Source of the DNA: Candidatus Omnitrophota bacterium | Lineage (GTDB): Bacteria > Omnitrophota > Gorgyraeia > Tantalellales > Tantalellaceae | Direction: 5' to 3' | DNA length: 64,000 nucleotides | NCBI GenBank assembly: GCA_016783605.1 | Contig: JADHWG010000002.1 | Coordinates: 107-64,106, forward strand | Shown here: piece by piece, positions 58,601-64,000 of the stretch | How positions within the stretch are numbered: position 1 is the first letter of the stretch | Layout: the number at the start of each line of letters is the position of its first letter | Made by a program: the position numbers and the translations under genes | The notes under the pieces: model-generated | Seen by the model: the letters and a program-made list of their open reading frames with translations, nothing else | What the model was told of the DNA's origin: nothing | The model's database searches: none

Positions 58601-59250
58601 AAGTAAAAATGTCAAATAAAGCGAAACTGTTTGTGGAAAATATAGCTATAGGGAGGTGCAGTAAGAGGGAAACTAAATATATCAGCGTGTCCGCCGCGAC
58701 TGCCGCGGATATGAGGTTTATTGCCGGCGCTTTGGATAAAATGGGGCTTGACAAACAAAAGGCTTCGAAGTTCATACAGGTTCGTGTTTGTAACAAAAAT
58801 GTGACCGGTAAAAATCTGGATAAATATTTGAAAAGGACAGGACTCGGCGCGTATTTGGCGAGAGAAAACGTCAAAGTGGTTTCATCCGCGAATGAACTCG
58901 AACTCGAGAAGACGATGGATGTAGTAAAACAGACGTTTGGCAATGAGATTAATCCGGGACACGTATTTATCGGAGATTCGAGAGACATAGTGCAAGCGGA
59001 TAGAGATTCCTTGAAGCAAAAGAACGCGCCCGTATATGTTCAGATGCGCCGAGAAGGCACCGCGTCACAGCTTCTGCGCGCTATGATAGAACTTGCCGCT
59101 ACGGGGGAGAAGAGAAAGATAAAGATAAAAGGTCTTGGAATTATATTGCGGAAGGACGGATATTATGTCTTTCTGCCGGATATTAAACCGGTAATTAATC
59201 TATTGCGGGAAGAGATCGAAAACTATGAAACAATTTGTTCGATGGTGTAA
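43636..59250 (+). CDS. Giant modular protein 2 (5204 aa): conserved N-domain, ARMT1/DUF89-like, CBM-like x2, GH5-like, YD-like repeat modules, putative Cys peptidase, conserved C-domain
   Basis: Uninterrupted ORF; QQIAWA-QGG; HIQDSH..IALEG..VTGGYHTEGL shared with giant 1; LFNEP, SHWY, KGE; C-terminal KYISVSA..DMRFIA shared with giant 1. Confidence 0.9.
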   Translation: MGKEKSLYIFTDVRLKKRRIIRVIAFLVASLYLFQQIAWAQGGAPRASSISRPVSGTEGVSRGELPKVPYKFGKTHEFSVNTNETGEIIYHIQDSHASLGAQYSIVELLDSLATDYNVNLIALEGAEGYIDTSVLQSFPDKEIRRDAADRLMKKGLMGAAEFFTVTRDEKEIDLYGIEDEELYRKNVNEFREVVEERSVKIANIDAFLTQLKLLEKEICSERLLRLNRYSFLHRNCELSFSNYRKELLEFTDRFKIDEGSGNFSPNPHPEQGEGSLVNFSKGSIEILQPFGLQDEESGNSPTPQIDTGKYSELAKLTEAISLEKSIDFQKANTERRALIDKLSELLDKAALKELVIKSVDFQQNMISPSEFHEYLVGMSKSRKIPPETYPNLNMFARYISVYEKVNLFYLTKECEFLEKEIREKLYRNEDERKLVEITQMTRMLRRLYSMELTPGDHSFIKTERARRSAEEFTLFIKEACKKYGVIFEEGYDIPEMFAGIEPAMTFYETAEKRNQHILKNTVTRMKKSGARAAALVTGGYHTEGLTKIMKEKKLSYLVIAPKFESGEERPYIAVLTGKKKPYQKLLKTGKYQLAMEPFFYRSNMEEMKEDLFYALGRVVLKGEDLKKVKDALYNNHKIEYEKRISQKEKETKFDVITPTELKAFLDNIHVIRSGTSAVIGDKTDKNSIIVLARKNSVYNFKTATPSQKRKLLNRISEGKMPEEMEGIGTNITDFVHDRSQILTKLDKSTPAIVQKILANLTEGKIDENEIKEQAVILLKRKGMPSDWQSDIGLKKRVNRVIALVRQGFAAKKTEKEKKKFGEWKKAIDVEKYWENLKNVLGEVPEEVLVNGIDFEFANFVDHMWSFIQQIIDSEKFKREIIQCYNQKNADADKNYQDIIQRLKSLRSQIFSNQTFNILGDDVSPEIRKHWNYILSEYVGCRWFSDITEKHAEIFEDTLHEKITSQNKSEIEKYTKHFRKNLPFKSKKKVPLRIFMKYLYIKILEATKYWENEVDVYIESKEETCNNGVKYFINNIDMKNLEKDRVKKGEKDICVVLKEMMDILLVGNLYSDFANPTKEKKREKYPVDDSAETLDHFFKLREQTRRGKDTELHVLHDNVGLELVSIFHLIDFCIKNEIVKKVVLHTKNYPYAISDVVGEKDIRMQINALQNASELSDIAFEKTGNIKYMEQLSDDITGHLKNQNIVIAKPHWFPTLGQNFLDIPEDYYNELKKADLILAMGDGWYSKLFLTRNWKYTADAKEILSYMPAPTVIFRIGKNPIIAGLTAKMAEYLKKIGKWWKPPRFGMIHFARGGKYARKKAYNEYETHEEAIDEQLEIAYAEGRFKAVSDEIVAPVAEFFKTSGYEKISKKLTKDPNTATRQIAINEVTGIEDFRGHASWRGIHISAELDDEEKQKVLVHEVGAYYRLTHGLNLDLEALYLDYLKKKEIDKKTAREKFKKLKEMKELPEGFSPERDYSGEPLRVIEGNAKKATFFHIIGRKIKRIVFRVIGRKEKTCSLYVIEGKAKMERDPGYFPSENSGMTSVELSRNSRMTKERTSQNSGQRAVIPVEEPGSIFRNYKKLFKLLSIFTFILGLIIVPAIKLTHFMTPSKNAPPFEYRIKESVKPVTDFLVKGLSAHGPTDIIKIEPQGTFSIEHGVEITAYNALYDVPSNAFVSDYYLMFVFKEGVSPGTRLQIFLKNREWKNLYAYPGSPTGGKVIFRPGIDPCNVCQFKPEETPYGDISAIGVKVWDGSSGNALSNLKKVYVVKNGIKPEDVLREKKTPLSQEKKESQKTPVPQFVKTPQEKLPAPPVAIPQEKSKKQKSSDPDAIVVPLDIPGTWYGQKWPDSQAISNVRYDPKRKALVGDFNIIQGHPNLDRGEVIVDVLDLGISPFNFDKWELTADVKVDVKEGSFGHTPNNADGVGFFVKTGPAQGWKNAYEWENHPENEVGDWKTISFSRGEFNKIDRVDPQDGFPLKDPIIRMFGIKLGAGKDHTGSKFTKAKGKILVRNVRITPRREKYAPPDFWPKAPSARKKVSGEIKIPITTNWPVREDAGNWAVKATHVKGGILALTVKLRGGDPEGNHNKGETYLPLYDKRGKRVVPVPGLPEEGYFDARGKVIKSMVWVPKSYAEGKKIPSAIQTGAHDKHYNYQNNAWNPSLITKNLTGKWHELKFYPMDPAENEPGYTDDDFLVVAFGELLFKTGLPGATSPDYKWDGHIYFTDIRIETDDRVFPEPVPPLIKTKMYAENPKDKPPVPIELFEMLSGAGGYGIFDFDHIPEGRAALEEKIKKMPPNARVWRHMALFGSLSPNGPILFDENDNFIDFGFIDPVTGKTVIIGVEGMKKCVDERLSILKQYGKVEITSLVAHDAADGKKKKENRIEGDRPNLFTDSKKFKRFLQGIKPILEHIRDKWRAPVPDSAGLDLIQHNFNNPKTVVAMLELFNEPLNMDTAQVPVPCIQRRIHELFELVYEIDPTWLLSTGMRDYESWKYFAHFVLPEYYDGIKNVKNPFYKNVVPQSHWYGDKESVTPLATNVGKFFMPEHVLFWLKGELDPRTPEEYKAAIGIVEVMRQVYVSAYGGGLFWVDDEFLPNWKDYQKFFKDNTAQVPFTPPTPAKPVQVVITQEVLKTLPNTIKAIKEGSLTYRDVTIFAQSEYPITFKMLTEKDVNIKLTRIGLRTDIIEALTGLAESVILRGYPLNYETISRAFKEIITLHAAKELMPHAKMLQENGIAVTHKNLSRVLKKTSPSLIPKCAEKAPPSVIPEFAEGEYPGSCTHKKLIMSLAAMLTMAPVVASANWGNIVMESGIFTTVMNFCFFAVPILVFSAVMVGICLTAQKVLIDPLANVLDPGSSPASSAGFGRDDKKEEGSDWNNTSGHFTKKVKIAGRALPGVVVVLLLIAVGVIYWMQKTTPPEFVPEKPVYEDVIDTKEEKLEIEEPRQKKFSKKLKANSPRDGPEDAEKREREDTLEKERAEFDKIFGMSKVITHADGSYKIAYYPPGAVVSSEIYFYSADKTLNKISYFDPNTGIPSCDAYLDPNGTEISRDYFDPNIQDLTKTVYLSPDGKETFIVRNRYSSHLSQMDPNGGTTEYYFGRKSSFFPSSFDIYDTSGDRATLLMLDTNSWSLKERTDRGTTEDGISYETITDLQTNTTAYREYWSGTLIQMYWESRDSEGNVGGRIFYDKKGMSVETRDAKDRVTLLKKEDRITETKYYPGKHVNQMESAHTEYLVPRNGICSEAIWMNRDGSKDAQQFDYEDKTSMWREFNKDDSYEETYFDEEGKQSEVIYYDSNNNVIQPAEEDEEGIEMGRDVSHLKRNVTHLTTLSLIAFAARELILPAVSEAYGGGFITRAVMTGFENPVISVLILMALIGLEFFVYKLRVKALSKRAGDFYARSRARTEWLIAAVLTIFVFGTVFLVKNIKHKEPAQNVQKTEDIQIKKSEEEISVDVNAIIRRVKKRRYGTYGRPEPSSLKNIQLPEAMREFEGLRFLYESSDGKTEFYESPYEKFEKISFRYNPNDTLMQISGFDAEGNDYTIYRSWPRGNSTIYSHTDDLKKDMIFNYDSNGKLTDQTKYNDDGECDWRDNQENGIWYHHTYEYGPDGWLKKETKLDAFGITPLKEWEYEPGTYLLLRETNSDKSFIEYDYSYDDPDDPEGYEWKQFGWHYDPNGGLVKTVEYDREGNIVDIIDPDGNPAQMVVNPTDGSYYFYAMEYGDRAEYHYSSKNEFFKEVRYDGSRISRIIERVSPNEKKDTHIWKDNTYSTYYSEINEDGDFIKTNRVEYFNSEGWSIKKYNYETKECSKFEYPPNEAYFIEKCYRGENFETFIEIVRHPYPQSKKSSAYDSSTMNFLAKKVFSPTGAGSAAAGAILLFPAIANAIGKVSGSAGVLPVSTVLLRFLSHPLSAGIFGAVFGVIAYLAIDWTAEKIQEASASSIGFPGEIKLTRSSFVKGAIGGVLLFLWWLSNPFRAFGSDKSDPFLKIFKLNSDEKEIKEFDVQKYSGAFIYSAMVFSEKGELIGKFPTFLINRILDKETHNIVGYSYIGKAGIFNKAGRKIGAITPDRDIQNIEGKIIGKVDDYHKGDLKNKRGKIVAIRRESGCVMLDINGTNYLLKHEDFYSERKEMVSKFFKNLSVDAQKKIISVLELSKGRELSLFIRDVVLTLREWHLREHNPMGIGELRQLIKADERSSAILVKFVLSNELFRDLFDVSFNELVSRAQKTNKSFAEFLRVDAGLKDNDVVKFSGILALFGGLEKAVKVYPKYLTGVVPKLFESVKQLKREAYFTERLYEKVLADKFLHKTDFENALINLYKSLDPKSVKRDLIEITSSLLGDNLSANTKKELNLKSIDTSAYKKVPLDSVVHNDTLVVKNYFYDKRWYDYLLKVLPAFGYPEGGIKIENNAFLATQRINGIMVKFIGILNSTEEEKGDPFSELKAGILVHRGHQGKETRTTFNGREAQVPLLLPLGCRSAGDADWLIAGKYPEAVMWGTGGTGEGLKNTPFVFHLVKAICKKEYTTWKQAYSYLEQRLGKGVARNYMRPDSLTFILIKELKKRYPDAVKNYNFQLSETTPARAGPRQYGDIFAPNITRREMLRGSFRLPIIGIILSGIRNRDKSTEDSPRKNDEKEKRNVENKTEPFGKRPLNINPTFIALLLFGLSVWLLGAERNLSNISWLAMGALCGCLILFLGKLYSEKVTAGIIVFLKNNGVSVPTIYKLWKVSKNTLPFVMAIMFVMTGWFMCKKMSPEYASMRIVSAVALSILSGCFLLEKQTEEAMLRRMDKIVVAGLNLMIRVFSLVIIEGYNSAVTIINSLNEKIMEFRNGVRKNDKSDFTITLGVSSEIYKKLISKDAISELYKRGINRVVSLDKFGAREEMMRELSEKTKGEKVICLLLDETTFGQLDLKDSQGNMKMKKFMNTVDLFVERAQKDIFPLMHPELTRINAETVKKINDAAKLRGFLDMHARTLREVESLELVDKSIYDERLADLQSVLFSKVKMSNKAKLFVENIAIGRCSKRETKYISVSAATAADMRFIAGALDKMGLDKQKASKFIQVRVCNKNVTGKNLDKYLKRTGLGAYLARENVKVVSSANELELEKTMDVVKQTFGNEINPGHVFIGDSRDIVQADRDSLKQKNAPVYVQMRREGTASQLLRAMIELAATGEKRKIKIKGLGIILRKDGYYVFLPDIKPVINLLREEIENYETICSMV
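44407..44545. mobile_element. MITE family B inserted in frame in giant gene 2
   Basis: Ends GAGGGGTCGGGGA / TCCCCGACCCCTC; AAATAGAT at 44399-44406 and 44546-44553; 139+8=147 bp. Confidence 0.85.
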
Positions 59251-59471
59251 TAGGTTGGATAGAACTCTGGTCTTTTGAGGTGGGAATTAGCAGGGGTAAA
59301 TATAGTCGACAAACAAAGAATTTGCTTTTAGCGCCAATATATGATATATTTTTTGCGAACCATAACAAAAGGTTCGCAAAGGAAAGATGATATAACCCGT
59401 TGCGATATGGGGAGTTATCCAAATAAAGCATCAAAGCATGGTTCGAAAAATGGCGTTTAAATGGAGAGAAT

Positions 59472-60506
59472 ATGAATATTATGGAATTGAGGAAAGAGAT
59501 CGAAAAAATTAGAAAAAATAGGGCAGATTTCATTAATGTTTCAAATTTGGAATGGTATTCCCTTTTTAAAGATGAAATTCGAAATTCTATAGCAATAGAG
59601 GGAGTTTTCGCGAATAGAAACGATCTTTTAGATGTTCTGGAAAGGAACAAAAGAACTGATAGTGAAAAAACCGCTTCAATTTTAGGTTATTTTGAATCTG
59701 CAAGTTCAATGTATGAGTATGCGCACAATCAACATAAAGAAAAAGAGTTTGTTTTAAAAGTGTCGGATGTAAAACAAATCCATACACTTCTCATGAGGTA
59801 TGAAAAAGACATGGGGATATATCTTGGTGATCTGGGAGAATACAGAAAAACCAACGTGGAAGTTGCAAGCGCTACTTTTAAGCCTATAGACGTTTATTAT
59901 GTGGCCACAGCAATGAATCTTCTCGTAAAGTGGGTAAATTCTAAAATTGCCGACAAAGAATTTGATCCGGTGACCTTAGTAACCATTTCACATATCTGGT
60001 TTGAAACCGTTCACCCTTTTAGGGACGGGAACGGAAGAGTAGGGCGAATATTGTTGTCGTATCTTTTAGTTGGCGCGGGCTTTGTAAATATCGCAATTAA
60101 AGGTGTAGCAAAAAGTGATAGGGAGATATATTATAATGCTCTTGAAGCATGTGACGATTGTTTTGAGCGTATGCATCGAGATTTAGAGAAAAAAAAGAAA
60201 ATCGTTACAAAAGACGTTGACAGATACATGAAAGATGTTGATTTCGATCCGCTATCAAAAATCATTGTTAAACGTTTGGAAGACAGTGTAAAGCGGTTAC
60301 GGACTATATCGAAAGATAAGTTGAAAGGTGATGCTGTTCTTTCTTTGCGTGAGTTAGCGGAAACATACAACTATTCGCAGAACTATTTGAGGAATTTGAT
60401 AAATAGAGGGCAACTAAAGGCACACAAAGAGGGTAAGTTATGGTATGTACGAGTCCGGGATATGCAAAAATACATGGAATCAATTGCAAAAAAATCAACC
60501 TTGTAG
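59472..60506 (+). CDS. Fic family protein with N-terminal inhibitory motif and C-terminal HTH
   Basis: HPFRDGNGRVGR; SIAIEG; C-terminal LSLRELA..YLRNLINRGQLKA.K.GKLWYV. Confidence 0.9.
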   Translation: MNIMELRKEIEKIRKNRADFINVSNLEWYSLFKDEIRNSIAIEGVFANRNDLLDVLERNKRTDSEKTASILGYFESASSMYEYAHNQHKEKEFVLKVSDVKQIHTLLMRYEKDMGIYLGDLGEYRKTNVEVASATFKPIDVYYVATAMNLLVKWVNSKIADKEFDPVTLVTISHIWFETVHPFRDGNGRVGRILLSYLLVGAGFVNIAIKGVAKSDREIYYNALEACDDCFERMHRDLEKKKKIVTKDVDRYMKDVDFDPLSKIIVKRLEDSVKRLRTISKDKLKGDAVLSLRELAETYNYSQNYLRNLINRGQLKAHKEGKLWYVRVRDMQKYMESIAKKSTL

Positions 60507-60557
60507 GTGGAATGACACTTGGTGGAATCTGCGGGTTCCAAGAAGATTCTAAGGTTT

Positions 60558-60983
60558 TTACTGCTTCTTAAGGTATTTTACAACATATTTTTGGAAATCG
60601 CGGAAATCCTTAAGGTTATTAAGATGTTCGTAAATGAGCTGAGGATCAACTTTAAGATATTCGTGGGCAAGGATGTTACGCAAACCTGCCATAGGTTCAA
60701 TCTTTTTGGCGAAATTTTTTGGAATTATTTTATTGGAGGAAATAATTTGTAGTGCATCTTTATTATCCCTGGGTCTGGACCAGTCGTTATCCACAATTAT
60801 ATGGTGACAAATATCCAGAATGCATTGAATGGCAACCTCAAGACATCGTTCGGCAAGTTTGAATATTTTGGGGTCAGAGCAAAATTTCTTCTGAGAAACA
60901 GCTTTTAATTCATCAAGAAGGAGAATGTTTTCACGCATTTCGCTTAATCTTTCATTAACGGTTTCCGGATTTACCATAATCAA
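60558..60983 (-). CDS. HEPN (DUF86) ribonuclease toxin
   Basis: ERCLEVAIQCILDI; RNILAHEY (R-X4-H). Confidence 0.9.
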   Translation of the reverse strand: MIMVNPETVNERLSEMRENILLLDELKAVSQKKFCSDPKIFKLAERCLEVAIQCILDICHHIIVDNDWSRPRDNKDALQIISSNKIIPKNFAKKIEPMAGLRNILAHEYLKVDPQLIYEHLNNLKDFRDFQKYVVKYLKKQ

Positions 60984-61387
60984 ACTCCTTGTAAAATTTT
61001 TTTATGCAGAGCTTCGTCGTATAGTTTGCGAATAGGTGCTTCGTCTATGTACCTTTTTATGGTGGAAACCTCAAAGCGTATTCTGTCCATTTCGTTTTTA
61101 CAGTATAGAAGAAAGTTATGTGCCGTGATTTCATATTTAAGTAACAGAGGCGCGTAATGCAGGCTTACTATGTCAACCTTGGATGGAAAGAATTTACTTA
61201 AATCCGAGGAAAGACGCGCAATTTCTTTAAGCGCAAGCGGGTCGCAGGGTTCTTTTTTGAACAAAACGGCAATATCAAAATCACTTTGTTCAGAAGCGTT
61301 GCCTTTAACCCGTGAGCCGAAGAGGTAGGCAAGTTTTACTTTATGTTTGTGAAACACATTTTTATCTATTTTTGGTGAAAAATTCAT
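60980..61387 (-). CDS. MntA-type nucleotidyltransferase antitoxin
   Basis: YLFGSRVKG..SDFDIAV..VDIV; overlaps the HEPN start; promoter TTGATA-17-TATTAT upstream. Confidence 0.9.
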   Translation of the reverse strand: MNFSPKIDKNVFHKHKVKLAYLFGSRVKGNASEQSDFDIAVLFKKEPCDPLALKEIARLSSDLSKFFPSKVDIVSLHYAPLLLKYEITAHNFLLYCKNEMDRIRFEVSTIKRYIDEAPIRKLYDEALHKKILQGV

Positions 61388-61410
61388 AAAATTACCTCAC
61401 CCGAATAATA

Positions 61411-61554
61411 TCATAAACATAGACGAATATCAAAGTTTTCTGTAATATGCAGGAAATTCTCATCGTATTGGAATATATACCCGCCATCAGTTTCTTCCAA
61501 AATTCCTGCCAGTTCATTTTTATAATAAACTTTTGCTTTCCTGTGGTCATTCAT
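61411..61554 (-). pseudogene. Truncated HipA N-terminal (couple_hipA/HipS-like) gene
   Basis: Manual translation MNDHRKAKVYYKNELAGILEETDGGYIFQYDENFL, then runs into the MNT promoter and stops. Confidence 0.65.
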
Positions 61555-61583
61555 GAAAATTTTTCCTGAAATTTTTATGTTAT

Positions 61584-61793
61584 TTACATTTTGCCGCGAT
61601 TCTTTTTTTCTATTGACAGATAGTATCCTAAAAATTCTAAAACTTTGTTCACTTTGTCCACTCGCACAGTAGTTTTGCCTTGTTCAAGTTCTCGAAGGAA
61701 TCTTAATCCAACACCGGATCTCTTGGCAAATTCAACTTGGGTTAATTTTGTTTTCTTACGCAATTGTTTAATTTGTTTGTTTAAATTTTTCAT
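61584..61793 (-). CDS. HipB/y4mF-like XRE HTH regulator
   Basis: LTQVEFAKRSGVGLRFLRELEQGKTTVRVDKVNKVL. Confidence 0.88.
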   Translation of the reverse strand: MKNLNKQIKQLRKKTKLTQVEFAKRSGVGLRFLRELEQGKTTVRVDKVNKVLEFLGYYLSIEKKNRGKM

Positions 61794-61819
61794 AATATTT
61801 CCATAATGCTATACAAAAG

Positions 61820-61953
61820 TATACCACTCAGCGGGTATAAATTCAACATATGTCTTGATATTTTATACCCTTGAAGGTGCAAAATGGAATAATATGCCCC
61901 CTTAAGGGTATAAGAACGCAAAGAAACATCGAAGTTATACCTCATCGGGTGTA
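61820..61953. promoter_or_regulatory. Four operator-like palindromes TATACC-N6/8-GGTATA upstream of the HipB-like gene
   Basis: Sites start at 61820, 61864, 61893 and 61936, each with 0-2 mismatches. Confidence 0.65.
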
Positions 61954-62203
61954 AAAAACTCCCCTCACTTCCACCTCGTAGGTGGAGGTGAGGGGAAGCG
62001 AAATTGGGGATTTTGTGAAAACAAAAAACAACCGCGAATGAGCTTATCCATAGAGATAAAAGCCAAGGTGTTAAGATATAAAATAGCTTATTTTAATGGT
62101 TTTAATGGTATCGTTTTTATGATAGAATAAATACGATTAAAGCGATGTAACTTTTTTGTAATATAACGATAAGGTGGGAGAATAAAGATTAAAGGAGTGT
62201 GAA

Positions 62204-64000
62204 ATGACACTGTTCTCGAAAATTAAAATTAGTGTGTTAGCGTTAGTTTTGTTTTCTGTTTGCACCGTAGTGCGCGCGGATGATGGTGATATTTTTGTTG
62301 AATATCCAAGCGAAAACTTGATGCGAAAAATTCAGACTAATGGTTTTATCTATGAGTATTTCGACGAAGCCGAATATAGCAACGAATGGAGTACATGGGG
62401 CAGATCCATTTTAGCATACGAAGAAATTGACGGCGAGTGGCAATATAAGACGTGGGATTGGGAAACATTTGCTGGAGACGGACAGGTTTTCTTAACGGAG
62501 TACGTCGGAGATTATGTGTTAGAAGCCAATACAAGCGCGGCTTTAAGCGGGGTATCAACGTCCGAAAGAAGAATCAGTTACTTATACGACCACAAAGATA
62601 ATTGGGGAGTGGATACCGCAGACAACGGCTGGATCGAAAGAGAAAAAACTATTTATGATACCGACGGTGAAAAGGTTCTTGAAAAATATTTGCGAAATGC
62701 TAACGACCTTTTGGTGAAGGATATCCACACGGATACGAATGTCTATTACGTTTATGAGTATCATGATGTCGCCGGCATGGAAGAAGTTATTCACTACAAA
62801 AAGAAGTATGTTTATGACGAAGCGGATGAGGCGGATATTTTATCCGGAAACGCGGGAATTTTTGTGGATTCACTTGAGTATATCGACACTGATTATACGG
62901 TAAGGTGGGGAGCGAACGGGAAGATAACCACACTGCATGTTGATGGAGATAATTCTTACAATAACACTTATTTGGATCCGTCTGACGGAATATTTCACAT
63001 ATACAATTGGAATGATTCGTGGGAACTTATTAGTGTACGTAAAGAGCATCCGGACGGGACGGTTGAAATCTGTATTCCTGATGATCCGGAAGATACGGTT
63101 TGGCCGCTTCTTAAAAAACGTGTGCCTTCGGATGGTTTTATTAAGGGAGTTAACCTTCCGTGGATCCATTATGGATACGATATGGGGATGCGAACGGAAA
63201 CAGGGGATTATGACGGATATTCGAAAAATCTTAATGAGTTATACGGGAAAATGGATAAACATAAAGGAGATTGTGTAAGACTGTTTTTGTTCGCGGATCT
63301 TAGAGTCGGTGTGGATTTTGACGCGAGTGGTAATCCCGTAAAATTTACGGACAGAGTATATGAAGACATGAACGCGCTTTTAGATTGCGCCAGCGCTTTA
63401 GGGATAAAGCTTATTCCTGTTTTGTTTGACTATATGATAGCTGATGGAGTATCAGGTCCGGGATTTGGAGAACATCCGGATGTAATAACCGATCCCGCGA
63501 AAAGAGGTCTTCTTGTCAACTTATTCAAAGAGTTTATTCAGGAATTCGGAGATCATGAGTCAATTTACGCGTGGGACATAATGAATGAACCGGAATGTTC
63601 GAATATCAACATAGCGGATCTTCAGAATTTTGTGACGGCGTTTACGACAATGATACACACGGAAACTTCAAAAGCGAAAGTTACAGTTGGGAGTTTAGAC
63701 AAAGAAAGCATGCAGGATCATTGGATTGATGTTGGACTCGACATTTATCAGTTTCACTATTACGACAAAATGGGGAGCCCTGAAGAATATTTAACTTCGA
63801 TCCAAGATCTTGGTAAGCCCGTGATCGCGGGTGAAATCGGCGCGACAAACGTCGCGGACAAACTAAGTGTTTTAAGGCAAAACGGATACGATGGAGGACT
63901 TTTTTGGCAAGATGAACAAGCTGGAGATGAGTTTACAATAAGCGAAGAGGAATACGAAGTGATAGATAACTGGTTCTATGGAACAACGTACACGTATTAT
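62204..64000 (+). CDS. Secreted protein with acidic Tyr-rich beta repeats and a GH5-like (clan GH-A) domain; incomplete at the window edge
   Basis: Manual translation, open for 599 codons; RBS AAGGAG; signal peptide VRA-DDG; KGVNLPW, VRLFLF, AWDIMNEPE, QFHYY, KPVIAGE, GGLFW. Confidence 0.88.
   Translation, partial: MTLFSKIKISVLALVLFSVCTVVRADDGDIFVEYPSENLMRKIQTNGFIYEYFDEAEYSNEWSTWGRSILAYEEIDGEWQYKTWDWETFAGDGQVFLTEYVGDYVLEANTSAALSGVSTSERRISYLYDHKDNWGVDTADNGWIEREKTIYDTDGEKVLEKYLRNANDLLVKDIHTDTNVYYVYEYHDVAGMEEVIHYKKKYVYDEADEADILSGNAGIFVDSLEYIDTDYTVRWGANGKITTLHVDGDNSYNNTYLDPSDGIFHIYNWNDSWELISVRKEHPDGTVEICIPDDPEDTVWPLLKKRVPSDGFIKGVNLPWIHYGYDMGMRTETGDYDGYSKNLNELYGKMDKHKGDCVRLFLFADLRVGVDFDASGNPVKFTDRVYEDMNALLDCASALGIKLIPVLFDYMIADGVSGPGFGEHPDVITDPAKRGLLVNLFKEFIQEFGDHESIYAWDIMNEPECSNINIADLQNFVTAFTTMIHTETSKAKVTVGSLDKESMQDHWIDVGLDIYQFHYYDKMGSPEEYLTSIQDLGKPVIAGEIGATNVADKLSVLRQNGYDGGLFWQDEQAGDEFTISEEEYEVIDNWFYGTTYTYY

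Noticed and set aside
43636-59250. Giant ORFs as assembly chimeras or products of stop-codon reassignment; diversity-generating retroelement
   Set aside because: Frames are open in the standard code with matched N- and C-domains in both paralogs, and neighbours use all three stops; no reverse transcriptase or adenine-variant repeat pair was seen. Misassembly cannot be fully excluded without reads
1719-59650. Numerous antisense and alternate-frame ORFs inside long genes
   Set aside because: Shadow ORFs of well-supported genes, without recognisable motifs

Overview
Bacterial chromosomal window, probably Omnitrophota (OP3); this is inferred from the giant-protein type and repeat families, not from a marker gene. 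A housekeeping core (era, mgtE, purH, folC, mnmE, folE, accA, RsbW/RsbV-mlaEFD-PP2C, gpmI, two tRNAs, speD, speB, leuS, comEA, comEC) lies between two paralogous giant genes (3585 aa and 5204 aa). The giants share a signal peptide, an N-terminal domain of about 540 aa with TraB/Tiki-like motifs, and a C-terminal domain of about 400 aa. Their middles are different strings of cargo modules: GH5-like hydrolase, CBM-like, PKD, ARMT1-like, YD-like repeats and a possible Cys peptidase. The modules are separated by internal signal-peptide-like segments (Sec, lipoprotein and Tat types), suggesting membrane-processed polyproteins. In giant 2, palindromic repeats and a MITE are read in frame, several at module junctions. 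A stand-alone homolog of the GH cargo starts at 62204 and runs off the window; it is absent from the ORF track. Intergenic DNA is rich in MITEs, GTAG-type REPs, heptamer-repeat hairpins and a recurrent ACCTCGTAGGT hairpin core. Several intact and broken toxin-antitoxin modules are present. All domain calls are by eye from motifs; no searches were run.
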